From the NCBI GenBank assembly GCA_002245135.1, contig NGBS01000308.1:1-64000 (forward strand): a stretch of 64,000 bases of DNA, written 5' to 3'. Position numbers and translations under genes: made by a program. The notes beneath the pieces are model-generated. The model saw only the letters and a program-made list of their open reading frames with translations, searched no databases and was not told the origin of the DNA. The first letter of the stretch is position 1. Every line of letters starts with the position of its first letter. This document shows, in pieces, positions 54,701 to 64,000 of the stretch. The DNA is from Proteromonas lacertae. Lineage: Eukaryota.

Positions 54701-55437
54701 AAAATCAAAACAAATCAAAACATGAACTTCAACAAGGAATTGAAGAATTAACAGCAGAAATAAAGAATGAGTATTCAGCAGTAAACCAAAAATCAATTCA
54801 ACAATATCAACAGATTAAAAAAACATTTGTTGAGTTTACTGATAAGTATAATATATTGAATAATGAGAAGGATGAAATATATCAGTTTGTTTCAAGTATT
54901 GATGATAAAGAGATGGATATTATTATTGAAACGTTTAATAATTTGAATAAATCATTTGGTAATATATTTAGACTAATTAATCCAAATGGAAAAGCTGAGC
55001 TACACTTACAACATACAGATGATGGAAAGATAGAAGGAATTGCAATTAATGTTCGTTTTGATAGAAACCAAAGCAGTCACTTGTTATCTCAATTATCAGG
55101 TGGTCAGAAGACTGTTGTAGCTATTGCATTTTTATTTGCTTTACAAGAAATATCAAAATCTCCATTTTATTTGTTTGATGAAATTGATGATGCTTTAGAT
55201 CATGCTAATAGAGAAATTGTATCAAGATTAATTGAAATTAAGAAACCTAATATACAATTTATTGCTACAACCTTTAAAAGAGAAATGGCTGAAGTTGGTG
55301 ATAGATTTATAAGAGTAGAATCTTTGGCTCAGAAAAGTGAAGCTAAAGATATTCATAAATCTGATGCATTGGGTTTTCTTACTTTAATAGAGAATAATGA
55401 GGACAATGATGAAAATATTATCACTCCTAGAAGATAA
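51760..55437 (+). CDS. SMC3: Cohesin subunit SMC3
   Basis: MYIKQLTISNFKSY, Walker A GTNGSGKSN (spliced), hinge GYYGALIDL..GRITFIPL, LSGGQKTVVA and PFYLFDEID. Confidence 0.93.
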
Positions 55438-55647
55438 ATACTTTTATTTTATTTTATATTATATTGTTTCATGTATATTATGTTTAATTTAGCTTAATAA
55501 AAAGAAAAAAATGTTGATGAAATAGGTGTAAGAAAATTTTGAGTGAAAATAAAATCTAAAAAGAAAAAAATTACTGTAAATTTCATATTGTTGAGTTATA
55601 TAACATCTGAAAATATATTTTGATTTTATCAGCAAGTAATAACAGAA

Positions 55648-57341
55648 ATGGAGGAAATGACTACTGATATTAAAGAAAAAGAAAAAATTCAGCAGGTGAA
55701 GAAGATAAAAATAAAATATGACAAAGAAGCTGTTTATAAATACCTAGAAAATCTGAAAATACTGAAATCAAGCAGTTTATATGTGCTTTTACCTAGCTTC
55801 ATTTATCCCACCAAGACAGTTATTTATGTTGAATATAACAAACTCAATTTATCTCCTATAAGTAATATAGAATTTATGGGAAATTTGAAAGCTTATGTTA
55901 AGGACATTTCCCTAAATTTAAATGGTATTCATGAATACAGTCTAGTTCATGGAAATATAAAACCTAACAACGTACTGATAGAGAGTAGAACAAATAAGTT
56001 ATATCTCAATGATTGTTTTGAAAATGAAATAAGAGATTACAGAAGTATGACAATAGAAAAATTGAAATATTTATCACCAGAACAACTATATAGCAAAGAG
56101 ACGAGTAGATTTAGTGATTATTGGAGTTTCTGTTTCTTACTATTCCACTTGATAAATGAAGGAAATGATCTAATTACACCAACAGATTATGTTGAGTTAG
56201 TGAATGAAATTGAAAAGTTTATATCTTGTGATGATAAGAAACATTATCTATATTCTAGACTGCTGATAAAAACAGATGAAAAAAAGGATTATATCGAAAT
56301 GATAAACAATATATTATGTAAAAAGTTGACATTTAAAGAGATAAGTGAATATATATCAAAACCAAAAGACAAATTATTTTCATGTAATTCATTGAGATAT
56401 TCAATCTACAATAACTTAATAATTGCCAAGCATTTGTATATAAGCATAACAGATAAAAAACTATACAAAGAAGTATTTAATGAGTATTTAAGAACTTACA
56501 AATCAAATTTCTTTTTTAGTATAATGAACTTCATCTGGTTTAATGAAACAGATTGTAGGACCAATGAGTATATGAATAAATTACCTCCTTCATTGCCAGT
56601 AATTGATTATAATGATTATGATAAAGACAATAATGAAAGAAATAAGCAAAACACTCTTTATTTAGGAATAGATTTTATAAAACGTATTAGAAGAGGTTTT
56701 CAGTTAGATTTATCTGATTTAAATAGTGATAGGTTATTTTTATTTTTCATAAGAAATCTTCGTTATCTCAGTTATCTCAGTTATATTAATTTATCTTGGA
56801 ATAATTTCAAAGTACCTAGATTAATAGACTTTTTAAAAGAGAATTTTGACTATTTTGATCAGTTGAAAGAACTTATTTGTTCTGATAATAGAATTGGAGA
56901 TAAAGGTGTTAAATTTTTATCAAAACATATGGAAAAGATGATAGAAGTTGATAGTAATAATAGAAAATCTATGAATTTCAGTGATTCTAATATGACAATA
57001 AACGGCTTAAAATGGATATGTAGAAATTTTGAAGTTATATCTTGCATAAATGAATTATTTTTAGATAATAATGATTTAAAAAAGAAGGATTACAATACTT
57101 CGAAGAACACTGTGGTGGTTTAACAAGTTTGGTATATTTAAATTTAGAATGTATAATATTATATTGAGTATTACTAATTTGAATAGATAATGGATTAGAA
57201 AATAACTGTAGTGATACGATTATTGGCATATTGAGAAAATTGAGTAAATTAGAGTGTTTATCACTAAAAGGAAATTTCATAAAGGCTGATTCAATAGAAA
57301 AACTAAAATCTATCAGCAACAAAGTTAATATAACATGTTAA
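55648..57341 (+). CDS. Pseudokinase + LRR protein
   Basis: HGNIKPNN, DCF, YLSPE and SDYWS, then LRRs (NRIGDKG). An A-run indel at ~57080 precedes the last exon. Confidence 0.75.
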
Positions 57342-57372
57342 TAATATTAAATAAAAAGCTATATTATTTTCA

Positions 57373-58000
57373 TCACTTTTTTATTTCTTCTTCAATCTGT
57401 TTTGCTATTTCATCTCTGTACTCGATTTTCTGTCGATATACACATTTTTTGTCCAAATAAATACATCCAGCTTTTAAATATAATTCTTGAGCTGGTTTAT
57501 TCCAATTCATCACTGTAAACTGATATCTACTACAGTTAAGTCTCTATATTATATTCTACTGAATAATTTATACTTTTGATACATAACAGCAAGTGTCAAA
57601 TAATGCTCTCCCTAATCCTTTTCTTCTATAATCAGGCATAACAAACAAATCTTCTAAGAAGAATGTTTTACCATTCCAAGTTGAATATCTAATAATATAT
57701 ATGATTTTTATAACTATATATACGCACGAAAAAACGTAGCCATGCCAATAACAACGTGATTATCTTCTCTCTCTGCTAAAACACATCCATATAATGGATT
57801 TTCACCAAATCCATCATTCTTTATATCTTCTTCACTAACTGTTACACTATCTAACTGATCTTCATATTCAGCTAATGCTCGTGTTAATCTATACACTTCA
57901 TGAGCATCTTCTATTGTTGCTCCTCTAATTATAAACCTAAAACAGTTAGATATTTTGATGTTAATAAGAAAATACTCTTTAAAGTGTCTTTGAAAGTCAT
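57373..58000 (-). CDS. Spermidine/spermine (diamine) N-acetyltransferase-like GNAT, copy A
   Basis: IRGAT..LAEYEDQLD..DGFGENPLY..YSTWNGKTFFLEDLFVMPDYRRKGLG..VMNWNKPA; three introns. Confidence 0.9.
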
Positions 58001-58143
58001 GTGGGTATGAAAACTTCTAAAATTTAAATTATCGTAGTAATACTCCTGATTCCATTCTACTGTAAATTTTAAGATTTGAAAGAAAGAACTTGATAAAGCT
58101 TGACTACTATACGTTTCATTCTTTTTTTAAAAAGAAAAACATA

Positions 58144-60659
58144 ATGTCATCTAGCGATAGTGAGAAAATGAAAGATAGAATAGTTGAAGAAAACAAACCT
58201 CAATTTGATAAAGCATTTAGTGACAAAAGTAACTCTTTTGAAATTGGTGAAAAAAACAAGTATGAAAGCTTAGAAACTGAAAATATCATATTAAATGAAG
58301 ATAATTCTCAGATAAACAAAGATAATAGTGGCATAGTAGCAGAAGATGAAAATTTACAGTTGGAGAAAAGTAAAGGCACATCTACATCATTATCTATTGT
58401 AGAAGAAGGTGCATTAAAAGATTATTTAAAAGACTCTGATGGTACATTAAAACCTAATCCACCAATATCAACTTCAGATGGAAATACACCGAATAATTCT
58501 GCAATATTTGAAGAAAATGATGTATCTGAAGAAGATAAAAGCCATTTAAATAAAGATAAAAAGGACTTGAATATGATTGAAGTTCCTCCACCTGTTGTAA
58601 CAAAGGATTTCATGATGTATGGTCAAATAGATAAATTAACATCAGTTGTTGTTAAATTTCTCAATGAAAATTATTGTATTTTTATTAGATCAGAAGATGT
58701 TATTAAAACTAATGAATATAAATGCAGTTGTGTAGTTAAAAGTGATAAAAATCAAGGAATGAAAATTAATTGTTTGTCAATATCAAATTTAGATGAAAGA
58801 AAGAAGAATAATTATTTAAGATATTGTGAAAAAGTACAATCAAAGAATTTCAGTTTCATAGTGAATTATTCTTTCAATAATGTTTATGACTATTGTTTAA
58901 TTACTGTTGCAAAGAATTATCCATCAACATTATATGATTCAGTAAATGGTAAATCAAGTAAAAATAACTATATTGTTCAGCTTAATTCAATGTTGAAGAA
59001 AATGCACTATAATGAATTAACACATTCTAATCTAACTCCAAAAAATATATTTGTAGATGAAAATGGATCATTATGTTTAGGAGGCTATGGACAACAGTTG
59101 TTATTGACTGAAAGAAATAAATACTATGATGTAAATGAAATTCAGTATATATCTCCCGAAGTTTTGAGTGGAAAAGAATATGATAAACAAGCAGATATAT
59201 GGTCATTGGCATGTTTATTATATTTTATTGAAACAGAAGGCTCAGCACCATTTGATGGGAAAGATATAAATGAAGTTGTAAGTAATATGCAAAATGAAAT
59301 TTTCAAAAAATTCAATAACAAAATAATTAATGATTTGCTTGAGCATTGTTTTTCGAAAAACACAAATAATCGTTATGATTGTAAAGCTTTCCAAAAAAAA
59401 TGTTTTGAATTGTATGGTATGAATGAAAAATCACAAATTATCAGTGTTTTGGATGGTTATCATGTATTAAATAACAAACAATTAGATTTTTCAGAGACAT
59501 TTGTAGATTGGAGAGGTTTAGAAATAATTACAGCTGAGTTTTTTAATACTAGTAATCTCGAAGTATTGGATTTTTCAAAAACAGAAATTGATGATAAATG
59601 TTTGAGACATCTCTGTTTACATTTTGATTTGATTCTCTCCTTGAAGAAATTGTCTTTATATTGGAATCATATTACTGATGATGGTGTAATGCTTTTATGT
59701 AAATATCTTAATAAAATAAAAGAATTGGAATATTTAAATATATCTAGAAACTATGTTCATGATATTAGTACAATGGAATTGTTTAAACTAATAAAAGACA
59801 CTTCTATTACCACGTTGTATTTGAAAAGAAATTATATTCATGATATATCAATTCGAGAATTGGCAGAAAATATACCATCAAATCTAGAAGTATTGAATCT
59901 ATCAAGTATATAAAATATTTTTATAATGTAGATAATTCAATAAATGGAGATAACAATTTGTTATATTTTCTTGGTCGTATGGAAAATCTAAGAGAATTAT
60001 ATCTAGGGAAAAACAAAATAAATGACTCAATATCTACTGATTTATTTTTTAAAATATATGTAATTGTAAAAAATTAGAGAAGTTATTTATAAATAATAAT
60101 GATATAAGTTATAAAAATATAGAATCTGGAATAAAAATTATAACATTAGAATGTAAGAATCTAAAATATTTAGGAATAAAACAAAACACAATGACAGACG
60201 AAGAATATAAAAGAATAATCAAACAGAATCTTGACAAGGAAATTGTTTTTACATCGTATGAAAAGTCTAAAGAACCAGACTATCCACCAGATCAACTAGA
60301 CTTTGATGATGACCACTGTAAGCAAAAAGAAGAAACAGATGAAGTGGAAGAACATAGTGAAGAAACTAAAAGAAAAATGGAGATTAAAATAAACTTCAAT
60401 ATAGACAAGGATGAATTATATGAGAAATTACATCATATAGATAAAGAAGAAGTCGTAAATACTGGATATCCAAATGAAATGGAAATTAAAAGACCAGTAA
60501 AACCATATCATGATTCACCTCCATCAGCTCCTTCTCCAATCAACACCTGATAATTCTCACAATAATCCATCTCCAATTACAAGTGCAACTACAAGTCCAA
60601 AACCTGATTCAACACCAGATACAAATGTGAATATTATTGTAGAATTAACTAATAAATAG
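58144..60659 (+). CDS. Pseudokinase + LRR protein with acidic termini
   Basis: HSNLTPKN, GGYG, YISPE and ADIWSL, then LRRs (NHITDDG). Intron at ~59905-59931. Ends at 60550, or at 60659 if there is an indel. Confidence 0.78.
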
Positions 60660-60842
60660 TTTAACTATTTCACTACAACTATAATATATAAATGTGTATT
60701 GTTTATAGTTTTAATTTTTCTACAAATTATTTTTGAAACGGATATTTTTATCAAGTCATTCAAGCCATTTTCATTTAAATTTTCATGCCTTGTGATGTAT
60801 AATTCTTATTATTATATTTTATACAGAAATTCACATACCCAC

Positions 60843-61489
60843 ATGACTTTCAAAGACATTTTAAAGAGTAGACTATATAAATAACAATATTTATCAATTT
60901 TAGGTTTATTATAAGAGGAGCAACAATTGAAGATTCTCATGAAGTGTATAGATTAATAAAAGAATTAGCTATATATGAAGATCAATTAGATGAATTAATT
61001 GTGAGTGAAGAAGATATAAAGAATGATGGATTTGGTGAGCATCCATTATATGGATGTATTTTAGCAGAAAAAGAAGATAATCATTCTATAGTTGGAATAG
61101 TTACATATTTTCTAGCGTATAAAATATCAATTATATATTGACGAATATTTTTTTATGTATATATATATATATAGATATTCAACTTGGAATGGTAAAACAT
61201 TCTTCTTAGAAGATTTGTTTGTTATGCCTGATTACAGAAGAAAAGGATTAGGGAGAGCATTATTTCAGACATGTTCCTACGTATCAAAAGTATTAATTGT
61301 ATGGAATATGTATTTTAGAGACTTGACTGCAGTAGATTTCAGTTTACAGTGATGAATTGGAATAAACCAGCTCAAGAGTTATATTTAAAAGTTGGATGTA
61401 CTAACTTGGATAAAAAATGTGTATATATACAGAAAATCGAATGCAGAGATGAAATAGCAAAACAGATTGAGGAAGAAATGAAAAAATGA
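60843..61489 (+). CDS. Spermidine/spermine (diamine) N-acetyltransferase-like GNAT, copy B
   Basis: Close inverted paralog of 57373-58000 with the same three intron positions. Confidence 0.9.
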
Positions 61490-61738
61490 TAGAATTTCAA
61501 TAAAAAACGTACTGCTTACTTGAAAATTTAATATAACAATTATTAATAAGAAACTTGCTTTTTTTCAATTCTTTTTAATCCAAATTTTGCATATACCTGT
61601 TTAATGGATGTAAATACTAAAACACATAATTAAAATTACGCAAACATTTATGATAGCAATATAGAATCTCACTTTTTTCTCTTTTTACTTTTTTGACATT
61701 ACACTTGTCAAAATCTAGTTCAGTTACATTTTTGTGAA

Positions 61739-62330
61739 ATGAAAATCTTCTTATTTTTACTTGTTATTGCTTGTAGTGTTAGATCTTCAGAAATCAGAAA
61801 AGATTTACAAACTCTTCAGGTAGTTTAGAATCAAATCAACACTATAACAGTATATCGGATAAGAATAATATTCTGAGAGGAGGATTAACTAAATCTATAA
61901 GTATAGAACTCAAGAAGAAGAAGTATGAAAAAATAGTGAATCTACAATTGTTACAGTTGATTTCAAAATAAATAATTGGGATGGGTGTGGCTCTAGATCT
62001 AGATCTTATTATGCAGCTGGTGTACTATCAAATGTTGAAAATATTAAAGATGAAGATATAAAACTTGTTGATAAACATCTATTAAATTATTGTGAGTATA
62101 AAGATGCACAATTTAGACTAGATGAGCATGTTGATGTTGAATTTAAGTATTTTACTTTAGCTATTTTCAATTTCAAAGAAGAATTAGTTGCAAGAAAAAC
62201 CATAGCATTGTCTGGATTCGTTGCTGCTGACATGGGAGTAGTTGTTTTAGGTGTATTTACATTGATTATGGTTGTTGTATTATTGATATGGACATGTTGT
62301 TATTGTGCTTATAAGAAAAATAAGAAGTAA
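61739..62330 (+). CDS. Unknown type-I membrane protein, family member 1 (indels present)
   Basis: Signal MKIFLFLLVIAC, VTVDFKINNWDGC..YC..YFTLAI..KTI, TM, WTCCYCAYKK*. Confidence 0.65.
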
Positions 62331-62439
62331 TTACAGTTGTATATAAATTAAAATCCGATATAATCATATTAATTAACTTTATATTTTTATATGTAATTTT
62401 GACAGTCATTTTGACATATTGTTTTTTTTTCTTCTATTC

Positions 62440-63117
62440 ATGAATAAAAGATTATCTATATTTTTATTCATATTTTTTATGTGTATAGACTCTGCGCATG
62501 ATTTAAAAAGTAATCTACTATCGATAAATGCTTTGAATACTAATAATCTTAAATCAAAAGAGATGATAGATAAGAACAAGTTAACAAACGGTACTGTGTC
62601 TTTATCATTGAAATATATATCAAGTGAATTAATTGGTGATAATCTAGAAGTAAAAGTAGAAATAGATGTCAAGAATCTCGATAATTGTTCTAATATACCA
62701 ATTGTATGTTTTACCTACAATCTACCAGACATTCCACAAAAAGACATTGATGATTCAATTTTAAAAAGCAATAAACATATCAACACATGTTCAGGCAGTT
62801 TATCATTGAAATTTTTAGTTAGTGACACATTACCAAATGTTTATTACATCTATTTCGGTATTCTTAACTCAGAGAAGAAAGTAGAAGCTAATCAAATAAT
62901 CCAATTAAATAAACCATCGAGTAATAGTGTTAAATTAGATGGATGGTCATACTGTGTTATTGCTTTAGCAATATTTGCATTTCTAATGGTTGTAGGACTA
63001 ATAGGATGGACTGTATTTTTCTGTAGAAAAAGAAAAGAAAATACAACTCAAGAATCTAAAGGTCACATAGCAGAATCTTTGTTGAAGAGTAATAGTGCAG
63101 ATAGTGATGATGATTAA
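62440..63117 (+). CDS. Unknown type-I membrane protein, family member 2
   Basis: Signal peptide, VKVEIDVKNLDNC..TC..YYIYFGI, TM, WTVFFCRKRK. Confidence 0.78.
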   Translation: MNKRLSIFLFIFFMCIDSAHDLKSNLLSINALNTNNLKSKEMIDKNKLTNGTVSLSLKYISSELIGDNLEVKVEIDVKNLDNCSNIPIVCFTYNLPDIPQKDIDDSILKSNKHINTCSGSLSLKFLVSDTLPNVYYIYFGILNSEKKVEANQIIQLNKPSSNSVKLDGWSYCVIALAIFAFLMVVGLIGWTVFFCRKRKENTTQESKGHIAESLLKSNSADSDDD

Positions 63118-63260
63118 CTAATTAATATATGTTATAATTCTATTGATTGATAGTTTTTCGATTGTTGGATAAATTATGCGATTGTTATATTATCAATCGA
63201 TGGTTATTTCGATTGTTTTTCTCACTTTGTGTTTGTGTTTTAATTGATTTTTATCGCTCT

Positions 63261-63854
63261 ATGCAACTTTATTTACTCCAATTTATAATTTTATTTACTT
63301 TTAGTTTATGTATTGATCCAATTGATAAATTAAATAACAGAAATATCAAGGGGAATGTGATTTCTTCTTTTTCAGTTGCAGATATATCAGTAAATATAAG
63401 TGAAATTGTTGTGGATTTAACATCAAAGCCAAAAACTGTATCATTTAATCTAAATATAACAAATTGGCCATCTTGTGAAAGTAGTTATAACAGTAGTGTA
63501 TTAGTTGGTACATCTAATGAATTTTCCGATTCTGATATAATGATGAGAAAAGCAGAACTAAAGGGATGTGAACACAAAATAGTTAGACCATTTGAGTTAT
63601 ATACAAAGGATGAACCTCATGTATTATATATGGTAGTGGCAATTATGAAGAATCAAAATATATTTTCAAAGAATATTATCAAAATATTAGATAATCCAGA
63701 AAATAAACCAGCAAATGTATGGTTGTTGTATGTTATACTATTTCCTGTACTTATTGTTGTTATAGCGCTTGTTGTGGGTTTATGGTGTTATTGTTCTTAT
63801 TATCACAAGAAGAAAGAAAATACAAATTCAAATCAGATAAACCTTTTGATGTGA
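63261..63854 (+). CDS. Unknown type-I membrane protein, family member 3
   Basis: Signal MQLYLLQFIILFTFSLC, VSFNLNITNWPSC..GC..LYMVVAI, TM, WCYCSYYHKKK. Confidence 0.78.
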   Translation: MQLYLLQFIILFTFSLCIDPIDKLNNRNIKGNVISSFSVADISVNISEIVVDLTSKPKTVSFNLNITNWPSCESSYNSSVLVGTSNEFSDSDIMMRKAELKGCEHKIVRPFELYTKDEPHVLYMVVAIMKNQNIFSKNIIKILDNPENKPANVWLLYVILFPVLIVVIALVVGLWCYCSYYHKKKENTNSNQINLLM

Positions 63855-64000
63855 TGATAATAATAATTTATAATTTTATTAATTTTGTATGAATATAAAT
63901 AATGTTGATTTGTTTGGTAGAAAATAATCAATTATTCATCACTTTTTTTCTTTTCTATTTGTAACGAATATATTTTTAATAATTTTTATTCTCTTTATTC

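Noticed and set aside
57373..61489. Transposon with terminal inverted repeats
   Set aside because: The inverted repeats are intron-containing acetyltransferase genes; no transposase or target-site duplication is visible.
1..64000. tRNA, rRNA or other structured RNA genes
   Set aside because: No GC-rich structured segment was recognised by eye; tRNAscan-SE or Infernal would be needed to exclude them.

Overview
Very AT-rich eukaryotic nuclear DNA. It is gene-dense, uses the standard code with genomic stop codons, and has many tiny GT-AG introns (mostly about 25-45 nt), so the ORF track fragments most genes and misses some (e.g. TMEM234). The intron size, TGTT-rich 3' elements and gene content suggest a Blastocystis/Opalinata-like stramenopile; this is an inference, not proven. 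About 30 genes can be read. The first 12.3 kb hold five P2X ATP-gated channel genes with conserved ATP-binding residues, near-identical shared tracts and paralog-specific microsatellite introns. That cluster is interrupted by a gene-poor island containing a 68-bp tandem repeat and scrambled fragments of an axonemal outer-arm dynein heavy chain. After it come a MOLO-1/TPM-TM-RING gene, TMEM234, an EGF/Calx-beta/PA14/filamin surface protein, Tim50, an ankyrin protein, a NIPA transporter, an SR protein, a tetraspanin, XPF, a giant BEACH protein, a laminin-EGF receptor kinase and SMC3. There are also three (pseudo)kinase-LRR paralogs, an inverted pair of SSAT-like acetyltransferases and a tandem trio of unknown type-I membrane proteins. 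Single-base indels occur in patches even in conserved genes, so some apparent frameshifts are probably consensus errors. Family assignments are from manual motif recognition; no searches were run.
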